Shown piece by piece: positions 19,900-29,758 of a DNA stretch of 64,000 nt (position 1 is its first letter; each line of letters begins with the position of its first letter). The translations under genes were made by a program, and so were the position numbers. The DNA comes from a virus, in the IMG/VR virus record IMGVR_UViG_3300045141_000181, positions 1 through 64,000 of that record; one strand, 5' to 3'. Under the pieces are notes generated by a model. It made no database searches, was not told the origin of the DNA, and saw only the letters and a program-made list of their open reading frames with translations.

Positions 19900-22272
19900 T
19901 TACTGAATTGGCTGCGGCATCTGCCCTTTAGGCAGCGCCGTCAACGGCGGCAGCGGTTCGGCTTGCTGCTGTCCGCCCATCGGCGCCGGAGCACTGAAGT
20001 TTGCCGGAGCGCCGGGGGCCGCAGGGGTTGCGGGGATCTGCGGCGGTCCCGGCTGTCCGGTGATCCCGGCGCTCTGTAAGAACTCTGGGATCAAATTTGG
20101 CACGTCTTCGGCCTTCAGTGTCACATTCAAGCCGCTGCGCATCGGTGGAGGCGCGAGAGGCGGCGGAGGCACGGCCAGTTCTTGATGTGCAGCTTGGAAC
20201 GCCACGACATTGTCGAATCCGGCTGGATTGGATTGCCGCGCGGTCTGACCGGTCTTCGAAACGAGCCACTTGCCCAACAGATTCGCCACGATCACGTGAT
20301 TGTCGAAGGAATCGGGCGGAATCGACGGCTGTTTTGGTCCCGGTAGTCCATCCGGCCCCGGAGCTCCAGGAATCGGCTGCGATTGCAGCAATTGCGCCAC
20401 ATCTACCGACAGCGTCTTGTTGACTTGCTCTCTCACCGCGCTTTCGAAGCCGGGGAGTTCGATCAATTCGAAGATCGACTCGATATTCATCGGATCCAGC
20501 AGTGAAAGAGCTTGCTGGACGTCGGGCGGGAACTGTTCCAGCGCCTGCAGCAGCGAATCGCGCGTATCCGCGGCGGTCATCGGCCAGGAATCGTCCGCTT
20601 CCGCGTGCCAGCCGCTATCTTTGAGCGCCGCCATATCTACCATGTCGATTTCGGTCCCATACGCGCCTTTACGCTGCGCTTTGACCGTCCCGGAACCGTA
20701 TTTCGCGCGCAATTTGACCAGTAATGTAGCTGTTTCCGCTGCGGCGTAGCGCATTTCGTCCGCTTGCGGCGCGAGTTGCAACAAAGCCTGATCCCTGCGC
20801 TGCCGGGCCTCGCGATAAGTCTGTGTCGGCTCCCCGCCACCCGTCAATTCGGGCCGGATGCCGTTGATGTCCTGCCACCAGTTGCGAACCAGTCCGATGA
20901 CCGGGATAACTTGGTCCCCCAGCCGCGCCGGTGGGATCTGCGCCATCTGTTTGTTGATGTCGCCGTCGATCGGCGTGGCCGTGAGGATAATTTCTCCCGG
21001 AATCGCCTCTTTCGTGCTGTACGCCTCGCGGTCGATCAGCATCGAGTTCATGATGGTCTGCGGAATTGCCCGCAAAACCGTCTCGATGGTCATTCCGACG
21101 AGGTCATTAATGGCCGTCTGTAACGGAACCGTGTCCGCGCATATCGGGCGGTCGTTAATTCGCTCGGTATGGCCTACTTTGCAGACCGTCCAGACCTCGG
21201 TAGCGGCCTGATTCTCAATCTTCATCGTCAGACTGCCGACTTTGGAGATATACAGGCCGTCGGGAAAGTGATCTTCGAAGATTTTGCGCGCTTCCGCGTC
21301 CGTGATGGCCTGATAAAGGTGTGGCTGCGCCCAAATCTCCGAATGTCGCCATTGATTCTGCTTTTTGGAGTATTCCGTGCCGCTCGGCGTGAAGGAACTC
21401 TCGCGCACCGCCGCCGCAGTAGTCGACGCGCCCGTCATATCGTCGTCCGGCACATCTCCGGTACGGTACTGCTCCAGTTTTCCGGCCGTTCCGTCGGCAT
21501 CGGAGTACTCTTTGAGCAGTTCCCACTTAGACCGCATAACTTCGCACTTCAGGAACCCGCATTCGTCGATGGTTTTGGAGTGCCACGGCGCGGAAACCTC
21601 AAGAATGGAGTAAACGCGCGGCTCGGCATCGCCGTTTACGTACTCTTTTTGGCCGACTTCGACCGGCACCGGCACTCCGTCCTGGCCCTCCTGCACTTCT
21701 AGCTGCGGTTCGGTCGACGAACCGTACTTTTTGCGGTCGGTATTCCAAAAACAGCGGATAAATGCCGGTCCCGTTGCATACTGATGGAACGCAACCGTGC
21801 GCCACAGCCGATCAATCTCGTTTTTCTCCCACAAATCGCGTATATTGGCGTCCGCATTGTGCGCTGCGTCGGCAGATTCGCCATCGTGCGGATCGTCGGC
21901 GATCGCTTTAACTTGCGGCGCGCGTTGGCCGAGCACCGCCGTGTATTTCCAACAGTCGCCACCGATGAAATTGATGGGCGGGCAGAGCCGAACGTTCGCG
22001 CCGTTCTGGTCTCCGTCTTCCCCGCCGTCAGCAAACGGCAGATAATCGACATAGTTGCCGAATTCGCCGCCGACTAAGCCCGGAACTCCGAACTGCTGGC
22101 CGCGGATCTTCATGATCTGCTGGCGCGCACAGTTCAGAAGGAAAATACGCTCAGCGTCGTACTGGGTCTCGACGCAGGCTTTACAGATGGCCTCCACAGC
22201 GCCGGGATATTTCTTCAGAATGTCGTCCGCAGACAACGATTCTTCAGGGCTTGCTGGTCCGATTACTTCCAC
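19900..22272 (-). CDS. Portal protein (P22-like)
   Basis: 790 aa downstream of the terminase; DINGIRPELTG...QT motif; Pro-rich C-terminal tail. Confidence 0.8.
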   Translation of the reverse strand: MEVIGPASPEESLSADDILKKYPGAVEAICKACVETQYDAERIFLLNCARQQIMKIRGQQFGVPGLVGGEFGNYVDYLPFADGGEDGDQNGANVRLCPPINFIGGDCWKYTAVLGQRAPQVKAIADDPHDGESADAAHNADANIRDLWEKNEIDRLWRTVAFHQYATGPAFIRCFWNTDRKKYGSSTEPQLEVQEGQDGVPVPVEVGQKEYVNGDAEPRVYSILEVSAPWHSKTIDECGFLKCEVMRSKWELLKEYSDADGTAGKLEQYRTGDVPDDDMTGASTTAAAVRESSFTPSGTEYSKKQNQWRHSEIWAQPHLYQAITDAEARKIFEDHFPDGLYISKVGSLTMKIENQAATEVWTVCKVGHTERINDRPICADTVPLQTAINDLVGMTIETVLRAIPQTIMNSMLIDREAYSTKEAIPGEIILTATPIDGDINKQMAQIPPARLGDQVIPVIGLVRNWWQDINGIRPELTGGGEPTQTYREARQRRDQALLQLAPQADEMRYAAAETATLLVKLRAKYGSGTVKAQRKGAYGTEIDMVDMAALKDSGWHAEADDSWPMTAADTRDSLLQALEQFPPDVQQALSLLDPMNIESIFELIELPGFESAVREQVNKTLSVDVAQLLQSQPIPGAPGPDGLPGPKQPSIPPDSFDNHVIVANLLGKWLVSKTGQTARQSNPAGFDNVVAFQAAHQELAVPPPPLAPPPMRSGLNVTLKAEDVPNLIPEFLQSAGITGQPGPPQIPATPAAPGAPANFSAPAPMGGQQQAEPLPPLTALPKGQMPQPIQ

Positions 22273-22275
22273 GGT

Positions 22276-22662
22276 TTAACTTTGGGAATACAGATTCTTG
22301 ACGAACTCAAGCGAGGCGTTCGAAACCGCTTCGCTCGGCAACTGTCGGCCACGTCGGCCGACCGGCTCATTGCTTTCTTGCGCGTGTTGACGTACCGGCA
22401 AATGCGGTGCATCTGGGTATGGAACCCCGCCACCCTGCCTCTGGATACTCAGGTTTACGTGCATCTGGTACGCGATCTTCATTTCGTCGATCGATTTGGC
22501 CATCAGATCCCAGAGCTTCGTACGATCCGCGAGCGCCGCTTCCAGCCTGTCTTCGAGGCGCAACTTTTCCTGCACACTCACTTGCAAGGCTTCGCGCACC
22601 AGCGCCAAGTCATCCTCAAGCGCCCGGAATTCGGGCAGCCGATATAGAAGCCAGCGAAACAC
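22276..22662 (-). CDS. Hypothetical coiled-coil protein
   Basis: ORF in the terminase-portal interval with a GTG start. Confidence 0.45.
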   Translation of the reverse strand: MFRWLLYRLPEFRALEDDLALVREALQVSVQEKLRLEDRLEAALADRTKLWDLMAKSIDEMKIAYQMHVNLSIQRQGGGVPYPDAPHLPVRQHAQESNEPVGRRGRQLPSEAVSNASLEFVKNLYSQS

Positions 22663-22952
22663 TAATACCCAGGCCCCTGACCGCTTTCGGGAGTTGCGGG
22701 CGCACTCGGCGGCGCGCCGGAATCGTCGCCTTGATCTCCCTGATCGCTGCCGTCGTCCGTCATGCTCATGATGTAGTTGATGAGCTTGTCGGCGGTCGCC
22801 TGCGGAATCTTGGGCACGTCGGAATCGTCGCCCATGTCTTCTTTCGGCGGCATCGGCGCTTTGGTATCGCCGAAACCTGCGGGCGCTCCGAAGTCCCCGC
22901 CGCCCATCGGCTTTTTGCCGATACCTACCTTGATTGCTAATCCGTTTGCCAT
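22662..22952 (-). CDS. Small acidic/low-complexity protein
   Basis: AGGAG SD; in the late operon. Confidence 0.5.
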   Translation of the reverse strand: MANGLAIKVGIGKKPMGGGDFGAPAGFGDTKAPMPPKEDMGDDSDVPKIPQATADKLINYIMSMTDDGSDQGDQGDDSGAPPSAPATPESGQGPGY

Positions 22953-22962
22953 TCTTTTTCTC

Positions 22963-24951
22963 CTAATTCAGCCGGTGCCGTGCGCTTCCAGTTCGCGGAA
23001 GCGTCAGTGTTTTGGATAATCCGGCATGCTGCCTGTCGAATCGAGCGCTTTGCGTCGCCGCGATCATCGCGAGCCGGGTATTGTCCGTCAATTCTTCGCC
23101 AAACGCCTGCACATGCCGTTCTTGCGCCTGCGTCATTTGCTCATTCAGCCAATACGACTTCGGCATGACCGCCTCGACTTCCTTGTAGCCCATCGCGAGA
23201 TACCGCAGGCAGTCCAAGCCGTCATCGCCGCCCACGCCGTCAACCGCGTCCCACTTGCGTACGTCCTCAGACTTCGGCGGCTCGTCGTGCATGGCTTCCG
23301 TCAGCCCGCGAATAGCTTCCGTACACTTCGACCAGAGCACCATCTTCGGCAACTTCTCTTCACCGTGGCCTTTGGCGCGGCCGAGTTCCTTCTCGTACGC
23401 CTCAACACCGGCCCGCGTAAACGTCGCCTGCAACCGTTCTTTCAATTCGTCCTGCGTCTCAACCAAGACCGGCCTGAAGCGCAGCAACTCGTGAAGGTAA
23501 GACCACCCGGCAAGCCGGTCATTATTCGCCGGTTTCAGCGCAATACAGATCTGACCGCGCGCCATCTCGCCCTTCCGGCGCTCAAATAACATCTGCGCCA
23601 TCTTGGGATCTTTGCCCATCGCCATGCGCTCGTCATCGTTGTAGCGGAGCAGAAACGCCCCGTACGGCCCGAGTACGTCTTTGATCCCGTCGGCCATCTG
23701 TTCGGCGCGAGTTCTGGTTGCATCGGTTTTCGAAAAGGCATCTGGCGAAAGCGCTAACGTGATTTGCTTGTCGGGCAAGTATTCCAGATCCGGCAGCCAC
23801 CACTTTGCGATCATGGTCCCGAGTTCGTAGGAACCTATGCCGCGCACGGCCATCTCGTCATAAACGTGGATTTTGCCGTCCTTCTCGTTGCGGCACGCCT
23901 TATGCACGACCGACAAGTGGCCGAAACCGATATCGCATCCGGAGAAGCGACGCCACCACGGCTTTAATTCGACCGGCTCAATGACGTGCCGCGCCCAGGG
24001 ATATCGCGCTTCCTCGTCCGATCCTACGGGACCATCCGGCCGGAATTCCGTGAAGTACTGACCGGCTCCTGCGTCCCAATCCCCATCCATCCATTGTTTG
24101 CGAGTGACTGGGTCCTGAGAAAGCAACATTCCTTCGTACTGCTTGTTGTCCCTAAGAAATGGGTTGTCGGAGAGGCGCATCGGAACGAATATGCGCCGCA
24201 ATCCAGAGATCGGATCCCGCATCGGCGTGTTCCACGGGATTAACTTCCCGTCGGACGAGTACACCTTCACGAAACGCTTTTTGACCCATTCCTTACCGAC
24301 ACCGTCCGGATTCGTGGTAGAGAGAATCTGGCAACGCATTGGCTCAAATGTCTGCTTGCCGTGCACCCGGATCTGCTTCTTATTGCGCAATGAGCCGAGT
24401 AGCTTCAGATACCAGCGCTCCTCTGGAATCTGCGTCAACTCTTCTACGCCGATCTTGGTTAGTCCGTGGCCACGATATTTCTCGTACGCTTCGCGGTCGC
24501 CCAAGTGGTTCGTGTATATCTTTGGCCCGTCTTTGCCGCCCTTGCGCTGGAATATAACCGGGTCATCGTGCGGATAGAGATCAAAGGCCCGGAGGAAGTC
24601 GGCCGCTTCGTCCACAAATTCGGCCATTGCCTGATATTCCCTTCTCAAAATGAGTGCCCTAAATGACGGCTCATTCAAATACGAATACCTTGCGGGATCG
24701 TTTTCCGCTAGCGATAGGTCTCCCATGGCTAGCCACGCAATAAGCGCGGCTGTTTTTGATCCGCCGCGCCGACCACCAATAACTATTTCATCGAACGGAC
24801 AGAGTAGAACCCAAGTCTGCGGCCCCCTATTTGAACGCCAATGGACTTCTCCTTCGCGCTTCCTGATCTCAATCTGAAAATCCGGAGATGGCATTACCCC
24901 CAGTAGCCACGCCGGGATGGGTGGTGTCGGATATTTTTCTTGTTGATCCAC
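22963..24951 (-). CDS. terL: Terminase large subunit
   Basis: PQ motif, Walker A GGRRGGSKT, Walker B IGVEEL, STTNP coupling motif, RNase H nuclease (GCDIG, DDGLDCLRY). Confidence 0.92.
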   Translation of the reverse strand: MDQQEKYPTPPIPAWLLGVMPSPDFQIEIRKREGEVHWRSNRGPQTWVLLCPFDEIVIGGRRGGSKTAALIAWLAMGDLSLAENDPARYSYLNEPSFRALILRREYQAMAEFVDEAADFLRAFDLYPHDDPVIFQRKGGKDGPKIYTNHLGDREAYEKYRGHGLTKIGVEELTQIPEERWYLKLLGSLRNKKQIRVHGKQTFEPMRCQILSTTNPDGVGKEWVKKRFVKVYSSDGKLIPWNTPMRDPISGLRRIFVPMRLSDNPFLRDNKQYEGMLLSQDPVTRKQWMDGDWDAGAGQYFTEFRPDGPVGSDEEARYPWARHVIEPVELKPWWRRFSGCDIGFGHLSVVHKACRNEKDGKIHVYDEMAVRGIGSYELGTMIAKWWLPDLEYLPDKQITLALSPDAFSKTDATRTRAEQMADGIKDVLGPYGAFLLRYNDDERMAMGKDPKMAQMLFERRKGEMARGQICIALKPANNDRLAGWSYLHELLRFRPVLVETQDELKERLQATFTRAGVEAYEKELGRAKGHGEEKLPKMVLWSKCTEAIRGLTEAMHDEPPKSEDVRKWDAVDGVGGDDGLDCLRYLAMGYKEVEAVMPKSYWLNEQMTQAQERHVQAFGEELTDNTRLAMIAATQSARFDRQHAGLSKTLTLPRTGSARHRLN

Positions 24952-25558
24952 GTGCCGCTGAGAGCTTTTTATTTCTGGCGTTTTCCCGGTTCCTAATGCA
25001 TATCCTGCATTGTCGACCGCTGGAATTACTAAGTGTGTTGTCGGGGGCTAATTCATGACCCCTGAGGCAATGGGTTCTTGGTTTCCTGGGTGGGGTAGGG
25101 CCGCGAGCTGCTTTAATTACAGCCCAATTATCAACACTTCTCTTTTGGGTGCACGCTATACACTCCCGCCCACCGGCATGAATTCCTGTCCTGATATGCG
25201 TGTTCTCTTCATTGTATGGATGCCCCTGCGGGCAATGCGTCTTTGCGCGCATGCGTTCACCCGCGCGGATTCCAGCCACGCCTCGACGAATATTCTCAGA
25301 CTTTGTAACCGCCTCAAGATGATCCGGATTGACACAGCAACGAACCCTGCAAAGGTGATCTATTTCTAAGCCTTCCGGTATGGGACCGCGCATCTCCTCA
25401 TACGCAATCCTATGCGCCATGTATGAGAGCCCGGCGGGACGCTGCATTCGGCCATACCCTTCGCCCGTCTGCCCCAACCATAGCCAACAACCGGAATTTG
25501 GTTCTGGAGAAACAAATGTTAGGAATCTCTCAAGTACTGTAAGCTTGGATCGGGCCAT
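24869..25558 (-). CDS. Free-standing HNH homing endonuclease
   Basis: SGCWLW...AHR...IDHLCRVRCCVNPDHLE plus two THC..GH zinc modules; likely start MARSK at 25558. Confidence 0.9.
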   Translation of the reverse strand: MARSKLTVLERFLTFVSPEPNSGCWLWLGQTGEGYGRMQRPAGLSYMAHRIAYEEMRGPIPEGLEIDHLCRVRCCVNPDHLEAVTKSENIRRGVAGIRAGERMRAKTHCPQGHPYNEENTHIRTGIHAGGRECIACTQKRSVDNWAVIKAARGPTPPRKPRTHCLRGHELAPDNTLSNSSGRQCRICIRNRENARNKKLSAARGSTRKISDTTHPGVATGGNAISGFSD

Positions 25559-25630
25559 GTGACTCCTTTCAGTCGCATCGGTCAAGGGCTACTCGGTGCT
25601 AGTCACACCGCGTGGCCCGCCTCTATTATC
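25559..25630 (-). promoter_or_regulatory. -10 box plus two-hairpin leader of HNH gene
   Basis: GATAAT, hairpin GGGC..CGGTG/CACCG..GCCC, then GACT/AGTC hairpin overlapping the AAGGAG SD. Confidence 0.55.
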
Positions 25631-25877
25631 CCTTACTTTCCACCGGTAAAGCTTCTAAATACGCCGTGCCATCGCGCACGCTCAAGACGGCTCCGGAGAC
25701 TTCGAGCCAACCCTTGGGTGCACCGAGCGGAGCGTTCACGTCGAATACCGTCGTGGCTTCCACGCCCTTACCGAGAATGACCCACTGCACATGAATCTCG
25801 CTGCTCTGGTTCCCACTGTCCACTGACCAGACTTGCGGCGCGTTTTCGGTGCGATGGTAATACAACCGGTAATTCAC
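25626..25877 (-). CDS. Hypothetical phage protein
   Basis: Coupled small ORF in the late operon. Confidence 0.45.
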   Translation of the reverse strand: MNYRLYYHRTENAPQVWSVDSGNQSSEIHVQWVILGKGVEATTVFDVNAPLGAPKGWLEVSGAVLSVRDGTAYLEALPVESKG

Positions 25878-26068
25878 TTTCCGTATGGCTTGCGCTTCTT
25901 ATTGGCGTTTACTGCGAATCTGGCTTTCTCGCCGACTTTGCCTTTGGCGTGGTAATGATCCCGCGCGAACTCCATCGGGCTTTCGCCCGCTTTCTTGGCG
26001 ATGCGCGTCAGGGAACCCTTTTCCTTCGGGTCAACCGCTTTCTGGATCCAGTTGGTATTACTCGCCAT
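25874..26068 (-). CDS. Small basic phage protein (WIQKA motif)
   Basis: NWIQKAV...GSL...KARFA pattern seen in small basic proteins near terminases. Confidence 0.55.
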   Translation of the reverse strand: MASNTNWIQKAVDPKEKGSLTRIAKKAGESPMEFARDHYHAKGKVGEKARFAVNANKKRKPYGK

Positions 26069-26466
26069 CACTCGCCCTTTCTGAATCCGCCCCAAAAGCC
26101 GCGCTTTTCTTCGACAGACTCTGGCTCCGGAAGGTATGCCGGATTGATCTGGTTTCCTGCCGCATCAGCGGGCGGCACGGGCGGCCATACCGCTGCGACC
26201 GGCTTGCCCCGATGCTCCTCGATCAACTTGACCAGCGCAGGTTCTGCTGGCTTCCCGTCGACCCAATCCGGATATTTCTCGTTGTTGCCTGCCGCCTCGG
26301 GTTCGAACGTCAGAACAATCTTACCGGGAAGGTATAAATAGCCAGCGGTCAAGCCGTCCAGCGTCATCGTGTCGGCCGTTACTTCCCCGCCCGCGTCACG
26401 TATCGCTTGCACAATCTCCAGATAGTGATGTGGGCTTACCCTGAACTCGTAATGCAGATTGGTCAT
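26068..26466 (-). CDS. Hypothetical protein
   Basis: Coupled ORF in the late operon. Confidence 0.45.
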   Translation of the reverse strand: MTNLHYEFRVSPHHYLEIVQAIRDAGGEVTADTMTLDGLTAGYLYLPGKIVLTFEPEAAGNNEKYPDWVDGKPAEPALVKLIEEHRGKPVAAVWPPVPPADAAGNQINPAYLPEPESVEEKRGFWGGFRKGE

Positions 26467-26675
26467 ATCTTCGCTCCGTAGTACTTGCGTTTGGGTCTGA
26501 ATGGTTTGGGCGCGGCAGGCGCGGTTTCCGGCAAGCCTTTTTCCGGAGTCGACGCGAAATCACTCATCTGTTGCTTGTTCATTCCGCTGGGCATTTTCCC
26601 TTCTGCGCGTGCCTGCGCGGGATTGTGCTCGGCCCAGGCAAAGTATCGTCGCTGTTTGATTGACGTGGCGGGCAT
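26463..26675 (-). CDS. Small basic protein, DUF3008-like
   Basis: MPATSIKQ...DFASTPEKGLP motif. Confidence 0.55.
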   Translation of the reverse strand: MPATSIKQRRYFAWAEHNPAQARAEGKMPSGMNKQQMSDFASTPEKGLPETAPAAPKPFRPKRKYYGAKI

Positions 26676-26676
26676 G

Positions 26677-26868
26677 TCATCTCCCCCACCGGTACGGCGC
26701 AACCACCGGCCCCGGCAACAGCCCGACAATCCCCAGCAGCCATAGAAGCACGACCAGAATCACCAGCACGCGGATGATCGTTTTGATCGTCGCGTCCATC
26801 GGAATGAGTTGGATCAGATACAGCACCACCCCGATAATGATCAGCGCAACTATGAGTTCAATCAGCAT
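26677..26868 (-). CDS. Small two-helix membrane protein (Thivi_2564-like)
   Basis: Two hydrophobic segments joined by IPMDATIK; GGGAGG SD. Confidence 0.65.
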   Translation of the reverse strand: MLIELIVALIIIGVVLYLIQLIPMDATIKTIIRVLVILVVLLWLLGIVGLLPGPVVAPYRWGR

Positions 26869-26877
26869 GGGACCTCC

Positions 26878-27090
26878 CTACAACTTCGCGTACTCTTCCA
26901 GATCACAAGGCGTCTTGTGTCCGTCCCGATTGGGGTGATGCACCAGCAACGAAGGAATTTCCAGCACTTCGCCTAATTGGTGCTTCTCGATAGCCTTATT
27001 CGCGTCGTCGAGAGAATCGAATACCCCCACGCAATCCCCGCATCCGCCGCCGGGATAATATCCTCGATAGCCAAACGCGATAAACTTCAC
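26878..27090 (-). CDS. Hypothetical phage protein
   Basis: YYPGGG..D motif; coupled ORF. Confidence 0.45.
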   Translation of the reverse strand: MKFIAFGYRGYYPGGGCGDCVGVFDSLDDANKAIEKHQLGEVLEIPSLLVHHPNRDGHKTPCDLEEYAKL

Positions 27091-27355
27091 GTAATCAGCA
27101 CCGGCTTTTCTTTCGGCTTCTGCATCCCCTCAAGTTCCGTCACCATGTCGGCCAGCGCCGTCAGCACCGCGTTTCCTCGCTCTTTCGCATCGGCATCCTT
27201 GTGAATCTGCGCCACGTCTTCTTGCACTCGCATCAGAACCGCCGCACAGCCGAGAAAGAAAGCTTCCTGCAGCATCCGGTACGGGCGGCTCTCTTCCCGC
27301 AACCCCGCATGCTTCGCGCCGTAAAAACGCGACCAGGAATGCTCTAGCGAATCGC

Positions 27356-27673
27356 TCATACCGCAACCGCCTGCACCGCATTCCAAGAATCGATCGCTTC
27401 CTGCGTCGTCGGGAACTCCGCGCTCCTGCACAGCGAAGACTGCGTACATTTGCCGCAATTAGACGGAACCGGCTCAATCCAGATTCCGCCGTGACCATCC
27501 TTTGTCACCATCGTGACTGGGCACGTCCGCGCCCCGCATCTCGCACAATCCACCGCGGCAGTCGCGCCCGTTCCATTAATGTTCTTCTGCGCCGTCTCCA
27601 TCGCTTCAAGCACCTGCTCGCTCAACGGCTTCTCTACTTCGTGTTCCGTCCATCCCATATTTCGATTATCCAC
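27356..27673 (-). CDS. Zinc-ribbon hypothetical protein
   Basis: CARC...CGKC; C-terminal EAIDSWN resembles Lar-type small phage proteins. Confidence 0.4.
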   Translation of the reverse strand: MDNRNMGWTEHEVEKPLSEQVLEAMETAQKNINGTGATAAVDCARCGARTCPVTMVTKDGHGGIWIEPVPSNCGKCTQSSLCRSAEFPTTQEAIDSWNAVQAVAV

Positions 27674-28407
27674 CGGTTTACCGAATTACCGCTCCGCAAT
27701 TCTACCGGCCAACGCTAAAATCGGTTGGTAATAATACGGCATGGATGCCGAGCTCAACGCTGTTTTAGCGGATCAAGGGGTCCTTCCCCTGGACAAGATG
27801 AAGTTGGCTCGCCAGATTGTAGAGAAAGATCCACGCACCGTAATGCTTCGCGATTCTCTTTCACAAATTCAGGACTTCCAATCCATCGAAGATATTTTAA
27901 GGAATTTTCAAGGGCCGATCCAATAGCCCTTCGTGTTTCTAAATTCACGCACAATTCTCCCTTTTCCCGGCCCGCTCATCCTGTCCATGCTCATCGGGAA
28001 TCTTGCATGAACCGCTTTTCTTACGTCCGGTCGCCCACATTGCACATACTTTCAGCACCGCTATCTGTTGCTTGAATGTTCCGCTCTCCCAGTACACCTC
28101 CAGCAACTTGGCCCCATCGAATCCCGGATATGCCAACTCAATCGCTTCAACCATCGGATCCATTTAACTCTCTCCTTTGGGAATCACAGCGCCCGCGTGT
28201 GAGTTTTAGGCCCATGGCCCGGAGTTTTAAGTACCTAACGATTTCGGGTATGGGGGTGGGTGCCGGGTCCTTCTGAAAAAGAATTACTTGCTCGCCCTAG
28301 CGCACTAGAATCAGCGCTGTCCTGCCTCAACATTGGGACATCGTTGGTACATCTTCTTTGCTCTCAACACTTTCGTTGCATGTGCATCTGATTAGGAATC
28401 CGATGTA

Positions 28408-28971
28408 CTAGCGTTTCGGTAGCGCAATGTCGATTGTCTGATACGCTGCAGGCTCTGTAAGGTCTGCTGTAAGGCTTTGTAAGGTTTGCGGTTGCGAAGC
28501 GGGATAAACGATCTGTATTGCCACGCTGTTGTTTGCAACGCTCTCCAGCTCGCCAGTCGCGCGTCCCAGGATCTCACAGTTCTTATGTGCTTGATTTATA
28601 AGGGGTGCAAGTAAGTGAATGTCGCCATCCGCCTTCGCCTTCTCGATCGACTCATCGGTTACGCCCCAAAGTTTTTCAACTCTTTCCCTGAAGGGCGACG
28701 ACTTCACGATATCCCTTGTAAGGCTTGTTTGTTCTGCAACCCTTACAGCGTTAGGTTTCGTAACTCCTTGCAGCGCTTGGACTTTCTGAGCGGTGAGAAT
28801 TGCTGGGAGCAGAACCTTTGTCTTATACTCGCCAACCTGCTGAGCGCTGATTCCGACCAGTTTCGCAACTTTGCGCAACGGCTGACCCGCAAGAAGTGCG
28901 TCAACCACTTTAGATCGTTGCACTTCCGGGAGATTATCAATGACGGATCTGGATGTTTTAACGGCAGGCAT
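28408..28971 (-). CDS. terS: Terminase small subunit (putative)
   Basis: N-terminal HTH (LRKVAKLVGIS), helical core, ILGRATGEL motif; upstream of terL in the same operon. Confidence 0.6.
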   Translation of the reverse strand: MPAVKTSRSVIDNLPEVQRSKVVDALLAGQPLRKVAKLVGISAQQVGEYKTKVLLPAILTAQKVQALQGVTKPNAVRVAEQTSLTRDIVKSSPFRERVEKLWGVTDESIEKAKADGDIHLLAPLINQAHKNCEILGRATGELESVANNSVAIQIVYPASQPQTLQSLTADLTEPAAYQTIDIALPKR

Positions 28972-29037
28972 GTCAGGGCTTTGTAAGGGCTTATAAGGTT
29001 TATGTAAGGTTTATGTAAGGTTTGGGGTTGAATAAGG
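28971..29037 (+). repeat. Phased TGTAAGG-type repeats at the terS start
   Basis: Copies or variants at 28971, 28982, 28992, 29003, 29014 (10-11 bp period); more at 28456, 28468, 28478, 28717. Confidence 0.7.
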
Positions 29038-29120
29038 CTCACCCTTGCCAGGGGTGTCGCGCACTTTCTTAGGGTGCGGCCGGTGTCTGTGCGGCTGGCT
29101 TGACGCGCAACGCGTCGGCC

Positions 29121-29696
29121 CTAACGATCCCGCACAACGCCATTTGCCCGAATGATTCCGCTTTGTATCGCGTTTCCAGAGAGGTGCTGGCTCCTGGCTT
29201 CATTCTTCGGGCCGACCATCCCAGCTAGTGCTGGCATATGGTCACCGGTGCGACCTTGCGACCGTTCTACTTTTTTGCGCTCCAAACGCTGGCGCTTTGC
29301 CTTCTTGACGGCCTTGATTTCTTTTGCGGCGCTCGGGATTCCGTGGTAAGCGCGATGGCAGTCATCGCACGTCACAACCACGTCCGTAGGCAGTTCTTTG
29401 CCGAGGCGCTCGTAGGTCAAATGATGAATCTGTGGATGCTTGGTGTACGCTTTGCACACTTCGCACGCAGAGCCACGTTGCGCGAGCGTATTCATGCGGA
29501 ATATGCGCCATTCGGCTGAGCGCAGATACGTTTTGTATTTGCTCTCTTTGGGCCTGAATTGTTCAGCACGCTTGCGTTTGGCCGCTTTTCGCTCGGTTGG
29601 CGTCAGTGACGTATGAGTCGCGTATTCCAGCGACATCGCGCGCAGTTTCATCATCTTACGCGCACGCTCACGGACTAATTTATTCGGTTGCGGCAT
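29121..29696 (-). CDS. HNH endonuclease (terminase-adjacent type)
   Basis: YLRSAEW...CEVC...IHHLTYERLG.E...CDDCH. Confidence 0.8.
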   Translation of the reverse strand: MPQPNKLVRERARKMMKLRAMSLEYATHTSLTPTERKAAKRKRAEQFRPKESKYKTYLRSAEWRIFRMNTLAQRGSACEVCKAYTKHPQIHHLTYERLGKELPTDVVVTCDDCHRAYHGIPSAAKEIKAVKKAKRQRLERKKVERSQGRTGDHMPALAGMVGPKNEARSQHLSGNAIQSGIIRANGVVRDR

Positions 29697-29723
29697 TAGC
29701 CCAAATCTTTTTTCACTTTGTTC

Positions 29724-29758
29724 TTGACTTAAGCAGCTAGCAGCTTTAGTATTGAGCC
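29724..29758 (+). promoter_or_regulatory. Leaderless sigma70 promoter 1
   Basis: TTGACT-17-TAGTAT-6 nt-ATG(29759); palindromic spacer AAGC-a-GCTAGC-a-GCTT. Confidence 0.7.

Noticed and set aside
24869-25630. Intron or intein interrupting terL
   Set aside because: TerL has its own intact N-terminal ATPase motifs and the upstream ORF is not terminase-like, so the HNH appears free-standing.
27721-27926. Additional leaderless promoter cassette at 27741
   Set aside because: Only a weak extended -10 (TGG-TAATAA), with no -35 or palindrome; insufficient support.
28971-29037. CRISPR array
   Set aside because: Units are 7-11 bp with no spacers and no cas genes.
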